From positions 121,733 through 185,732 of the forward strand of contig NIVC01001284.1 of the NCBI GenBank assembly GCA_002269645.1: a stretch of 64,000 nt of DNA. The letters are read 5' to 3'. The notes under the pieces were generated by a model. That model saw nothing but the letters and a program-made list of their open reading frames with translations, had not been told where the DNA came from and ran no database searches. This stretch comes from Macrostomum lignano (taxonomy: Eukaryota). The translations under genes were made by a program, and so were the position numbers. This document shows positions 10,986 to 26,605 of this stretch, piece after piece (position 1 is the first letter of the stretch; each line of letters opens with the position of its first letter).

Positions 10986-11906
10986 GCTGTCTGAGGATGC
11001 TTGCTGTCTTGGGATGTTTTGTTTTTAAGAGGGAATGTCTGTTGTTTTTTATGAAGGCTTTATTTCGCGGTCTATTTGTTATCTGTAAAGAACAAGGATT
11101 CTATCCAGATGTCCCCCATCGGGGGGCAAAGATTGCTAGTACATTGGCTAAATTTCTGGGTTCCTTTGGCCCCTATAGATTTTTTGCAACTTCTCCCAAA
11201 CAGCCAGTTGACTCAGCTGAGTCAACAATCATCTTTAAATAAAGAAATGCGTCTGATTCTTGCTGCAATATTGCAATCCATGTTCAATGCAGTTGCGGTC
11301 ATGTAGAACTTTCGTTTCAATTCATGTTGGAGTTACAATTGTCTTTTTGAGCCCCCTGAAACCCCTGGAAAATTCAGTTCTAAGCCTGCTTTTATTGGCA
11401 CTATTGCTACATGTACCTGTTCAATTTTCGAAGTACGTCGTGTTCTACAAACGTACTTCAATTCTCTACGTCAACCAAAGTAAAGCTGCTTGGAGTACAA
11501 AACAGTGAACTAGACGCAGACAACTCCATCCATTTGTCCCATGTTGATTTAACACAATCTTATTCTCACCTAGTTTCTTTACGCACCTAAGTCTCACTAG
11601 CTTTCGAAATATATTAGAACCGCTTAGTCTTTTGAACGGGTGTCATGTCAACTGCTCGTCTTTAGTACGCTCAAAATCCTAAAGCAAATATATATTTGAA
11701 TTTGCTTTTGCGATGTAGCTACCCTTCATGCATAGCAACGGGTAGCTTTATATACTAAGCCGGTTTGCACCGAGTCCTCCGCAAACGAAAACTTGCTCTA
11801 TCTGTAATATTAATGAAGAAATTAATCCATATTCGCTGCAAAATTTACTTAGGCTCTTCCCTAGAGTAACTTGGATTTATAGCTTTGAATTTCTAAGCAC
11901 GTGTAG

Positions 11907-13564
11907 ATGCAGCAAGTTAAAGTAGCTCCGAAACAGACCACGACTCACGGATTGAGTCGTACTATAAGTAAAAAGCCTCTGTACGTGAGGCTTTCCTGGC
12001 TACTTCTTTATTTCGCATCCTTGGGTCTGTTTTTAAAAGGCTTCGCAGATTTCGTTATCAAGTTGAATAGCGGTCAGGTGACCAGCTCGTTGGGCACCAA
12101 CGCTGTACTGTTCAAGTACCCCGATATATATGCCTGCTTTGAGATCGCCGTATCTGCCAGTTATGCGGCGATAAACGATACTGTGTCCGAAATCAACTGT
12201 CAGCTGTTTCTCACATCCGAGGTGTTTTCTCGGATCATCCTGGCCGCGAATATCAGCTCGGACCCAATGGAGGTCGAGCGCTGGTACACCTTCGCATACA
12301 TCCAGTCGCTCCAGTACCGGCTGCTTGTGGACGCATTCGCGCACAGGCTTGAGCAGTCACTGATTGCGTCGGATGTTTCCTACGTTTCCAATTACGGCTT
12401 GCCTACTTCTGATCCCGTGACAGCAAGCCAGTTCCACCATCCTGTGTTTCTCCGCCGTTTGCGATGGGTCCTGAATGATTTTATCAGTTGATCAAAGTCA
12501 ACCTGTCTAAAAGTGGCCCATCCGGCGGACTCACCGTCACGCTACTGACGGACGAAAATTTTTTCTCGGCCTCGCCATCTGGTCCGCCAATTCTAGCCAA
12601 GGTGTTCGCCGGTGGAGCACCCATCCCCGTCTCGGATTGGTCTTTGTCGCGAATGGATTTCGACGACCCGGATCGTAGGGCTGGAGTTCGAATCTATCTG
12701 TGCCCACTGGGCGAGTGCCCGACCGAATTCGTGACGTCATTCTCGCTTGGTCCAGGTCGATATCACACTGTGGAGATTGGCATGACCGAGCAGCTGTACA
12801 GTCCATCGAGTTTCGATTTGTAGTTTGTGAATCCGTACTCGCAAGAACCCTACAACCACAGCTACAGCTACTCCTACTGCTACTACCTGGAGTATCACAA
12901 GCAGTATCAGGCACTCATGAACCTCAGCGGGGACGCCGGTCCACTGCCCTGGCCAGTTAGAGGTCGGCGCTACTTGTTCAACCTTTCCGGCGATGAGAGC
13001 AACTTTTTGCAACAGGTTGGCGATTTAGCGGCAGATCGCTTAACCGACAATGACCATCTGTCTCGGGTCAGCGAATTGGCTCAAGCGCAATGCAGCAAGC
13101 TGGCCCCGTGCAGAATCATCAACTACGATCCGATCATTTCCAACTCGGACTGGCCAACTTACAGCTCTATCGAGCCATTCGTTGCTAGCACAATCGATCA
13201 GGCTTTGAACGACGCTCGATCTCAAAACTTGAGTAAACCCACTCTAAGCTACCTGGCGGGTGCCAATTTAAGCACTGCAAGAGCCTTCATCAACGCCAAT
13301 CTGCTCAAGGTGACCTTCAGACCGCATCGGCAGAATTGCAATCGGGTGACTCTGTCAATCGACTATGGCTTCGCTAATTTCTTTTCTGATGTAGGCGGAA
13401 TAATGGGCCTCTACTAAGGAATGTCTTTACTGACATTCTGCGAGCTTTTCGAACTGATGCACGACTTATTGGAGGCAGCGATCAAGAGAAGGAGGCGTCT
13501 CACCGCGTCCGAGGAAAGCCGCACCGACATACCGGTGGAAGAATCTGTTACTACGAAGATTTAG
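11907..13564 (+). pseudogene. DEG/ENaC family channel subunit, copy 2: intronless, disabled
   Basis: Colinear with copy 1 from MQQVK to TM2 (TTHGLSR, FKYPDIYAC, SDWSLSRMDFDDPDRRAGVR, FFSDVGGIMGLY*GMSLLTFCEL). Lesions: frameshift at ~12488, an 8-codon deletion plus TAG at 12821..12823 (Gln in copy 1), and TAA at 13415..13417 (Leu in copy 1). Natural stop TAG at 13562..13564. Confidence 0.85.
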
Positions 13565-15845
13565 ATTGCTTGACTTATTGTAGAAACTTTGGAAAAACTG
13601 GGGTAAATACTACTATTTATACGATAAGACGCTAAGTAGTCAGCATCGTTGCGCATTTGTTAAAAATACTAACAGCTGTATAGCCTTCCCAACAACTAGG
13701 CGCTTCACGCGATACTACAGATCAATTTTAGCGCTGCGAGCGAATAATGACTAGCAAAAAATGACTGGCAGTATGTGCTCTTCAACTCAGCAGTCTTGGC
13801 TAAGTTTGGTTATAAACTTGTATTGATTTGCAGCATAAAGTATTATGGAAAATTGAAATAAGTTGGTAACTTCTCGTATAGTCTCATAGTTGCATAAATG
13901 CGTTATTGACAGCAACGCAAGTGCTGTATAGTTAGCTTGAAACTTTAACTCCCTGCTCTCAATAAGCAACTGAGAACAGAAATGGACTGACAAATTAATC
14001 GTAAGATAAAAATTTCTAATTGATTTTTCATGATTAGTACAATCGATGGGATGATGATTACAGGGCGCAAAACATTTCTCAGTAGTATGCAAAACTAATC
14101 AGGTTCCAGTCGGTGTAAAGTCGCTTTCAATATTTTTTTTTCGCGAGGCAATCAAGAGAGACAGTTGTGACACAGCTAATGGAAGATTAGTATGCAACTG
14201 CCGGGCACAGTGAGAGCTGTGTTGACCTCGGACTAAAAGGTAACCTGCAGGCTTCGTAAAACTTTTACTACATGCCCATAACATTTTTCGCCAGAATTCC
14301 GTCGGAGAAATTCCGCAGCATAACGAGGTCAAGCAGAAGTTTACAGCAAGAAAAAAAATTATTTGGTCCGGCATAAGAAAACTCACTCAGCACATGCTTC
14401 ATCGGATGTGCAGAAAAAGAAAGTCGAATTCTTTCTCAGCGAGGCTACTGACTAAGTGTAGAAAAGTTTTTTGCTCACAAGGGGCATGGGCGTACGGTTC
14501 TGGGAGATCGGCAACCGTCATAATTCGATTGATTATATGCGAGGACGAAAAAAATTATTACTTGCCTTCTCGTTCGGTTTGATTCAGGCTAAGGAGAAGG
14601 CCAGGGAGGAGATTGCCGAAGGACGTGTGGCGGGCTGGCAGGCAGACTTCTGCAGAGTTTGTGCTGATTGCCCCAGCAAATCCGTTTACCATGGATGAAG
14701 ATTCGAAGCGATCGCAAATAAATATTGTCTGCGAAATTACTTTATAAATTGTGCTGGAACATTACATAGGTATATAATGAGATAATGACAGCATATACGT
14801 ACGAGTTGTCTCCGATTCCTTTAGGTTGAAGAAACTTTTCCAAGTTTGTGAATTAAAGCAAGTTAAGCAATCAGATGCTCGTGGATATTAAACTAGTATG
14901 CTAGTTCCACGGCTTTTTGAGAAAATGCGCAGCTAGTAATGCACTACTATCCACCACTGCTGAGCACGCGTCATCAAAGCATAATTAATGAGCGGTGGCT
15001 GCTATGCGTTAGCAGAAGCCTCCCTAGTATAGTCAGTAAAGTAAGAAACTCCCCAGACTCCTATAGATGCCTCTTGCGCCTTGTAAAAAGGAGCTGCCTT
15101 TTTAATTGGACCAATCAGTTTTTCCCCTAGAAGACTTCCTCTCTCTCTCTGTTAAGGCGATCCACAGCAGGTGTAATTGTCTGCTTCCTTCTTGTGCGCA
15201 TATTGCAGCTGTCCTATAGTATTAATGAACCATGCTTTTTTCATTCCTACGTATTATACTTGCACGAATATAGTTTTATACCAGTGCATTAGTCCACTGT
15301 CTAAAGCTTGAATAAGCGTCATTTAATATTTCTTCAGTGATATATTAATCAGCAGAACGCTTGACCGTTGCAACAAAAGGTTATTAAAGCAGTGCTACTA
15401 ATTGTTTTGCCTCTGAAGTGCGCAGAAAAGATTTTCAGGCATTTTTCCTACAGAAAATAATGGCAAAATAATGCCAAGCTGTGCGACATCCGATCCACCC
15501 ACATTCCAAAATTGCATTTTGGGGTTAGAAAAAGGTTCCTATGCCTCCCTAAAGGCCACTTCATTAAGCTGCTAGCTAAACCCAATGGGAAGTCGGTATT
15601 TACAGGCATGGCTTGTCCAGTAAACGCGCTGCCATTGGCTGAGAGACAGTTGCTTCAGCTTCTCCATGCCATGTTTCTTTAAGAGCAGAATAAAAACAAT
15701 TTTGTTACTTACATGTAGGTATGGAGTTCTACATTTCTTAAATAACCAGCAATAGTTGAAGAGATTCGTATAACAAACTACTTCATTGGTCGTGCTGCAA
15801 GCGCGCTGCGATGTCGTGAAAGGCTTGAATAATTTAGGGCCATAG

Positions 15846-18293
15846 ATGCCAGCCCTGCTGCAGCTGCTGGTCCACCTGCTGCAGCTTTACGAAGCGTCAT
15901 CGCTTCGGCTGGCGGATGTCATCGCGGCGGGCGACCTGGGCTACCGCTGCCCGAGCAGGTGCTGGTGCGAGCTGCCCCACCCCGCGGTGGCGCCAAGCAC
16001 AGCGGTTCTGTCAGTTACCTGCAGCGGAAAAGGTCTCACGGAGGTGCCCTGCGACCTGCTGGACCCTGCCACGCTTGAGCTGAATCTGGACGACAACCGA
16101 TTAGCAGACTTGCCAGTCAGCATTGCCGCGTCCGCTCCTCATCTGCGTGTTCTGTCCGCATCGAAGAACGCAATCACCAAGCTCAACAAGAATTTATTCA
16201 CCGCGTTGCCTAATCTTGTTGAACTGAGACTATCGCACAACCGACTGCAGAACCTGGACGCCAAAGATCTAAGCAGTTGCGTTAATCTGCGAATCATCGA
16301 TTTGAGTCACAACATGCTGAGCGTGCTGCCGTTTGACTTGCTCGATAATTTACCAGTCTGGTTCGAGGCGAACTTGTCGCACAATCGGTTGCGCTCGGTA
16401 ACTTCTCAGTCTCAGACCTCCGCAGGGTCATCAACCGACGCCTTAGAAAGACCGCCCGTGATGACGGCTCGTCAGTTGAATCGCGACACTCGTTTAGATC
16501 TATCGCACAATCTGCTAGAGTCGGTGGACAGCAGATTTCGCTGGCCCGTGGCGAGCTGTCCGGCCCTGCTAGACCTATCCGGCAACCCGGCTCTGTCCTA
16601 CACGGGTAGCGGGGCGCTCAAACCACTGCTTAGGTCTGTCAGTGCCGACTGTGATCTTGACGAACTGCGTCTGCGAAGGCTTGGACTGGCCCGCCTGCCC
16701 GCCTACGCATTCCGAGGCCGCGACCTCCGCCTGCACAGCCTGAGACGCCTCAGCCTAGCTAGCAACGCCATAGCAACCGTGGAGAATGGCGCTCTAAACA
16801 GTCTGACGCGACTGTCTGAGCTGGATCTGTCCGACAATCGTCTAACCGAAATACCAAACTTATCCGATCTCAACAACCTGATGCGGCTCGATCTGTCGCA
16901 CAATCTTTTAACAATTTTCGTTGACCCAACCCGCCTGCCGGCGAATCTCCGTTGGCTCAGTTTAGGCCGAAACTCGCTGCACAATCTTCACCCATCAGTG
17001 TTTACTCGCTTCGCCAGCCTCCAGTCGCTGGATCTTCGAGACAACGGCCTGAAGGATTTCCGACCAACTCGGCAGCAAATTTCGGGCCTCACTGAGCTGC
17101 TCCTCGGCGGCAACGAGCTGCGGCGCGAGCATCTGGCTGGCATTTTTGCCGCCTCGCCGAAACTGCTGCGACTCGACCTCAGTCGCAACCGGATCAGCCA
17201 GATTCCGGACAACCTGACCGGGGACTGTCCGCATCTGCGCTTTCTCAACCTCAGCTGGAATGGATTTCCTCAGATTGAGCCACTGGACCTGGGAGCCAGG
17301 GAGCTGGAAGAGCTGGACATGACGGGCAACCGACTGCAGATACTCGCTGACTACGGCTCCGCTGGCCTCAGCAAACTACACGTCGGCGTGAACAACATCA
17401 GTACTATCGATACGCAGGCATTCCTACACAGCACAAATGTGCAGCTGCTGGACCTGAGCGACAACCCCATGGAGGCGCGAACTCTTGCGCTGTTCAAGTC
17501 CAGCCTGGATAGGCTAGCCAGCTCTCTGCGCGTCTTCAAGCTCAACCGCTACGAAATCTTTGCCTACCTAAAAAACAACAACTGGGGCCTGTTCCGCGAG
17601 TTCAACGAGCTTGAAGAGCTTGAGCTCAGCCGCTGCAACATCCGCCAGCCGCCCGGGCCCGGCGTTGTCTTTCCGAGTTCTCTACGACGTCTGGCGCTTG
17701 ACTACAATCCGATCAGAGACATCGACAGCGACGCCTTCCGTTCAGCCAGCCACCTGCGCGACGTGTCGATCCGGTCGGCGCGAATCTCCAGTGTCAGCGC
17801 TGACGCCATGCGCTCGCTGTTCGGCCTGCGCAGAATCGACCTGGTTGGCAATCCGTTGCGCTGCGACTGCGGCCGACTGCGTCACTTCTGGCGTTGGGCC
17901 CTGGCAACCAACGTGTCCGTGGTCGGGCTGCACTCGCGTCAACTGCGCTGCGCCTCACCCAGCGCTCTGCGCAACCGGCCAGTGCTGGACCTTCAGCTGG
18001 CCAGCTGCGAGTCACAGTTTAGCCGGATTCCAGCCGTCATTGCTGTCGCCGCGTCCTTGTTTATCCTGTTGATTGCTGCTATCGTGTACGCGGCGCTGTG
18101 CCGCGGCGGCGACGAAAGTGACAGCGCCGGCGAAGACGACGACGGAGAGAGAGACGTCGGGAGCAGCACGGGCTCCGTGCTGGTGCAGCAGCGGCAGCAG
18201 CTAGCTTCGCCAACATCGACAACCGCAGCAGCTTCGGCTCGATCTAGACGTGACCGATTCAGTGCGACGTCGAAATGTATTATCGAAGTGTGA
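15846..18293 (+). CDS. Single-pass leucine-rich-repeat membrane protein (signal peptide, LRRNT, ~20 LRRs, LRRCT, TM, short tail); 815 aa, intronless
   Basis: Features: hydrophobic N-terminus; CPSRCWC...VTCSGKGLTEVP cap; many LxxLDLSxNxL repeats; NPLRCDC...W...C.SP..L....VL.L....C cap; TM IPAVIAVAASLFILLIAAIVYAALC; low-complexity tail without TIR. Confidence 0.92.
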   Translation: MPALLQLLVHLLQLYEASSLRLADVIAAGDLGYRCPSRCWCELPHPAVAPSTAVLSVTCSGKGLTEVPCDLLDPATLELNLDDNRLADLPVSIAASAPHLRVLSASKNAITKLNKNLFTALPNLVELRLSHNRLQNLDAKDLSSCVNLRIIDLSHNMLSVLPFDLLDNLPVWFEANLSHNRLRSVTSQSQTSAGSSTDALERPPVMTARQLNRDTRLDLSHNLLESVDSRFRWPVASCPALLDLSGNPALSYTGSGALKPLLRSVSADCDLDELRLRRLGLARLPAYAFRGRDLRLHSLRRLSLASNAIATVENGALNSLTRLSELDLSDNRLTEIPNLSDLNNLMRLDLSHNLLTIFVDPTRLPANLRWLSLGRNSLHNLHPSVFTRFASLQSLDLRDNGLKDFRPTRQQISGLTELLLGGNELRREHLAGIFAASPKLLRLDLSRNRISQIPDNLTGDCPHLRFLNLSWNGFPQIEPLDLGARELEELDMTGNRLQILADYGSAGLSKLHVGVNNISTIDTQAFLHSTNVQLLDLSDNPMEARTLALFKSSLDRLASSLRVFKLNRYEIFAYLKNNNWGLFREFNELEELELSRCNIRQPPGPGVVFPSSLRRLALDYNPIRDIDSDAFRSASHLRDVSIRSARISSVSADAMRSLFGLRRIDLVGNPLRCDCGRLRHFWRWALATNVSVVGLHSRQLRCASPSALRNRPVLDLQLASCESQFSRIPAVIAVAASLFILLIAAIVYAALCRGGDESDSAGEDDDGERDVGSSTGSVLVQQRQQLASPTSTTAAASARSRRDRFSATSKCIIEV

Positions 18294-20457
18294 CTACTAA
18301 CTGTGCTCCTAGGTTTTTTAACTGCATCATGTAGCTCTTCTTCCTCCTGTACCTCTCATCAATATTTAACCATTTTACCAGTTCGAAAGTCTCTGATCCT
18401 GCTAAGACGGACCTCAGAAATATACACAGCAAGCAGTTAACTGAAAGGATTTTTTATGTACAAATCCAATGAATGGCGGTTTTTTAAATTGAAGCTCTTG
18501 TTGAATAAAAAAAGTATTAGCCAGTCGCCTATATATAATGTTGCTTTGGAACAGCCATGGAATGACCTGCTGACTCTGAGTGTAAGCTTGGCCTTCCTAA
18601 TAAGCATCTTTATGAAATTGTTATGAAAAAACGAATCGAAACAGTCAAACAGACAACAGATTTCAAAGCTTTTCTCTTTACACACAGCCATCGCACAATC
18701 TGATGAGCACTGTCACCTCTCTCGATGGCAACCAAAATTAGGTCGTACTTTTCCATTGCTTATCATCCGGTAAATCTTGACCTGTAGTAAAGCTTTTATG
18801 ACTGCTTATTCGTCGTCATATTCATGTTTTTCCAATGAAATCAGCTATTGCGTGTCTATGGTCCAAGGCTTGCACAACTGTGAGAAGGAGTGATCAAGTC
18901 AAGAAAATCATTCTCAAAATCCAATACTTAATGATTTGTTGATAACAATGGACGCACTTGAGCCAAGAGCAAAATGACTGACGGAACTTTTCTTGGGGGA
19001 AAATGCTGAGAAAAAAGAGCGGGCACTTGCTTGGCAGGCAGCCATACGACTGCCTGTAAAGCTGACTCGAAAGCGCAAAGCATTCTCTGCTTTTTTCTCT
19101 TTCTCTCCCCCCCCCCTTGTTCAGATCAATACCTAGCAGTTGCTGTGGTGTTTGCTTTCACTCTCTTCTGACCTTCCTTCTCGATCTACATGCGGCTTAG
19201 TCCCCTTACTTTTTTCTTCTCTTTCTACAAACAGGAATTCGACAAGCGAGAAGCGTCTGTGTGGAGAAATATCAGGCAGTTCAGTTTGAATGATCACGGA
19301 AAATCTTTAGCCATTGTGTCTTGGCCTCGGATTAGCGAACAGGCTTGGCTACCAACGACGAGTCTTATGGAAAATGGAACGCACTTTCAAAGCGGAAAAT
19401 TACATGCGAAAAAAATATTTCTTTCGTTTCCAGGGTGCACTTAAAATTTGCGTCGAAATGTCATCTTCTTTCGTTTCTAGCACGGATTCTTCCCAGCCAT
19501 TGGTCTATGGCGAAACCTCATTCAGCGACCGAAACTCGTTCAAAACCGTGCATTTCGTACAATGCGCATGCTCATTCTGTCTGCCATTCGGAATTCCAAA
19601 AGTTGAGATTTTCTAAATTCAGGGCCTGGTAAAAAAACTGAACGCTCGCAATTTTGCTAATGCATTTTGCAGCGCAAAAACATTGGCCTCGAGGCGAACT
19701 TGACAGAATCGGCGAGTGTAGATGTACTTTTGATCTCAATTCGTATCCGAGAAACTATAGAGCAATTTTCGAATTCTTGAGCTGCAAACAACGCCTAGAG
19801 TTGACTAGTCATCGATTAAAATTTTGCTCGTATATAAAAGGAAGCTAATCCCCAATGCCTGCACTTCGTTTTATGTACGAGTAGCTATCGGGGCTTGAAG
19901 AGCGGCTATATTGACTAAAAGCGCCGCTCTTCTCCCACTTATTCAGCTGGGCCAAACATTTCCCCCGAGGGTGCAAAGCTGTAGCAAAGGAACTCGCTCG
20001 CTCGCACTCGCTCATTCGCCGAGACTCCAGCTCGATCCTCCTTTCTGGGAAAAAGCGATCTCACAGCTCGATAAGAAAACTGGGATCGCATGTCTCCGGA
20101 CTCTCAGCTCCGCTCAGTTGCTGGGTGTTTTTTCTGTTTTTCTTTTGAAAATGACTTACAACTCCGACAGGGGACCTGGAAACTTGTTCATCATTTTCTT
20201 CTCCTTTGGGAAACTCTATAAGGCATTTCGGTGCTTGGTAAAGTATGGGTTGTGTTTTAAATAAAAATTATTGATTTTCTATACTCGCACTGAGCACCCA
20301 TCGAATTTTGGCCGTCGATTTGAGTTCCGCTAATCGATGATGCAGCTAATCATCATTCCTTGTGCCGGAACCCCCTGCCTGTCTCTGACTTGTCTTGCAG
20401 CTCCCACTCTTCGGCTCTCTGTTTGGACTTCTCTTCCCCACACTTTCTACATGAGTA

Positions 20458-20995
20458 TCCGTCTCCTCTTGCACTCTCCCTCTCCTGCACTCTCCCTCTC
20501 CTCCTGCACTCTCCCTCTCCTCCTGCACTCTCCCTCTCCTCCTGCCCTCTCCCTCTCCTCCTGCCCTCTCCCTCTCCTCCTGCCCTCTCCCTCTCCTCCT
20601 GCACTCTCCCTCTCCTCCTGCCCTCTCCCTCTCCTCCTGCCCTCTCCCTCTCCTCCTGCACTCTCCCTCTCCTCCTGCCCTCTCCCTCTCCTCCTGCCCT
20701 CTCCCTCTCCTCCTGCCCTCTCCCTCTCCTCCTGCCCTCTCCCTCTCCTCCTGCACTCTCCCTCTCCTCCTGCCCTCTCCCTCTCCTCCTGCACTCTCCC
20801 TCTCCTGCCCTCTCCCTCTCCTCCTGCCCTCTCCCTCTCCTCCTGCCCTCTCCCTCTCCTCCTGCCCTCTCCCTCTCCTCCTGCCCTCTCCCTCTCCTCC
20901 TGCACTCTCCCTCTCCTCCTGCACTCTCCCTCTCCTGCCCTCTCCCTCTCCTCCTGCCCTCTCCCTCTCCTCCTGCCCTCTCCCTCTTCTCTCTC
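20458..20995. repeat. CT-rich minisatellite, ~19 bp unit (ctcctcctgccctctccct)
   Basis: Tandem units visible directly; opens ORFs in several frames. Confidence 0.9.
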
Positions 20996-21585
20996 CTTCC
21001 TCCCCACCCTCCTCGCCTTTTTCTGACAATTTCTTGCTTAGAAATAATTCCAAACCAGTGTTCATGTAATCATGTTTTCTTCCTAACCCGATTAAACGTG
21101 ACAGAAAATAGAACACATTATCTATCCAGTCTAGAAGGTAATTACCGAAATTCGATCTCAATAGAGAAAAAAACAACGCAGAATGATTGCTTTAAAAGTC
21201 AATAGCTTCCCAGTCAGGATTGGCACAGTAAATAAAGAATTTTCGGTGAAGGCAAACATAGAGGATTTTTAGAAGACAGTTCGAGCGAAAATTTGAGATT
21301 TCGGATGGACAGACAGGGGAGGGGGGCAGAGACTATTGAAGGAACTGTCTGAGCTCTTTCAGATGAAGCCGGGCAGCTCAGTGTGCGAGCTAGCGGAGAG
21401 TCTGATTGGATTGGATCGATCTGCCTTTCTTTGCACTCTATGTGAGTCACTTGGCGCATGGGCTCCAACTTCAGTCAAGAAGTAGCTAACCAATCATTGC
21501 TGAGGAGCTATTGCTGAAGGCAGTGAGCAATATTTGAAAAAAAATTAGCTCAGAAAGAAAGTAAAAGAAATTTGAGAAGATATGA

Positions 21586-25253
<3,668 letters not shown>

Positions 25254-25744
25254 GAGAGCCGATTCTCAATCACACATCATCTGTTTACTCGCCCATTTCC
25301 AAGAAAGTCGGGACACGGAAAACCGTTTGAATTTGAGGAGGGCAGCAGGCCGGCATGAGAGATTTGCACAACCCTCGTTTTCTGTGCATCGCGGGCAGTG
25401 GCGGTTCCCTGTGCATACAATAATTAATATACAGTGTTTGTCCTGGCCTGTTCCGAGTGTCCGTGCCGAGATTGCCATCAGCGCATCCCCCGCTGCAGTG
25501 TGTTGACGTCGATGCGGTATGGATTGAAGTTCATGATGATGAAGGGTCAGGGAGGAGAGAGAGGGGGAGGAACAGGTAGGAGTGTTTGCTGTTGGCTCTT
25601 GTCAACCCTCTGGGGGTCCGTGTCAGCGTTGGATAAGATGACGGCCTTGGATTTTATTGATTGAAATCATATTTTATGCATCAATATTAGTTTGTATTAT
25701 GTAGTAAAGCTTTTGGGGTATGCCTAATTTTTTATGAATATTAA

Positions 25745-26605
25745 ATCACACAGTCACACTCACAGACGCAGTTACAGAAACAGTTACAGGCACAATCACG
25801 GACATAAATCACACAGTCACAGTCACAGACACAGACAGACACAGTCACAGTCACAGACACAGACAGACACAGTCACAGATACAGTCACAATTGCAGTCAC
25901 AGACACAGATACAGTCACAATTGCAGTCACAGTCACAGACACAGTCACAGACACAGTCACAGACACAGTCACAGACACAGTCACAGACACAGTCATGGAC
26001 ACAGTCACAGACACAGTCACAGACACAGTCACAGACACAGTCACAGACACATTCACAGACACAGTCACAGACACAGTCACGGACACAGTCACAGACACAG
26101 TCAAAGACAGCAGTCACAGACACAGTCACAATTGCAGTCACAGTCACAATTGCAGTCACAGTCACAGTCACAGACAGACACAGTCAAAGACAGCAGTCAC
26201 AGACACATTCACAGACAGTCACAGTCACAGTCACAGACACAGACACAGACACATTCACAGACAGTCACAGTCACAGTCACGGACACAGACACAAACACAT
26301 TCACAGACAGTCACAGACAAAGTCACAGACACAGACACAGACACATTCACAGACAGTCACAGTCACAGACACAGACACAGACACATTCACAGACAGTCAC
26401 AGTCACAGTCACGGACACAGACACAAACACATTCACAGACAGTCACAGACAAAGTCACAGACACAGTCACAATTGCAGTCACAGACACAGTCACAGACAC
26501 AGTCAAAGACACAGTCACAGACACAGTCACGGACACAGTCACGTACACAGTTACAGACGCAGTCACGCAGCCACAAGTCACAGAGCCACAAGTCACAGAG
26601 TCACA
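25745..26605. repeat. Compound 6/12 bp repeat (acagtcacagac)n
   Basis: Direct reading. Confidence 0.9.

Larger units (their letters stand above)
7610..11139 (+). mobile_element. Non-autonomous Helitron-like element, copy 1 (~3.5 kb) carrying two minisatellite arrays
   Basis: Begins A|TCctatatact (A at 7609). Ends with the hairpin gtccccc-atc-ggggggc (11111..11127), a short spacer and CTAG|T (11136..11139, T at 11140), i.e. the canonical A|TC...CTRR|T structure. The first ~550 bp are homologous to 38064..38650. Confidence 0.75.

Noticed and set aside
8316-10994. Multiple 70-350 aa ORFs (MSNIKEPPCQT, MLAIWG, GDACYL)
   Set aside because: Open in several frames at once and coincide exactly with minisatellites inside the Helitron-like element.
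12821-13417. In-frame TAG and TAA in DEG/ENaC copy 2 as programmed read-through or a variant genetic code
   Set aside because: They coincide with a frameshift and an 8-codon deletion in the same gene, correspond to different residues (Gln, Leu), and neighbouring genes use TAA and TAG as ordinary stops; pseudogenisation is simpler.
14394-14698. Short ORFs with moderately coding-like composition upstream of the LRR gene
   Set aside because: No recognisable motif and no consistent splice partners; may be a decayed repeat.
25266-25478. Short Cys-rich ORF HCPRCTENEGCANLSC resembling an RBR RING2 start
   Set aside because: Spacing is too short and the remaining zinc ligands are missing; no convincing splice sites. 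The opposite strand could equally be a decayed LINE fragment. Unresolved without a search.
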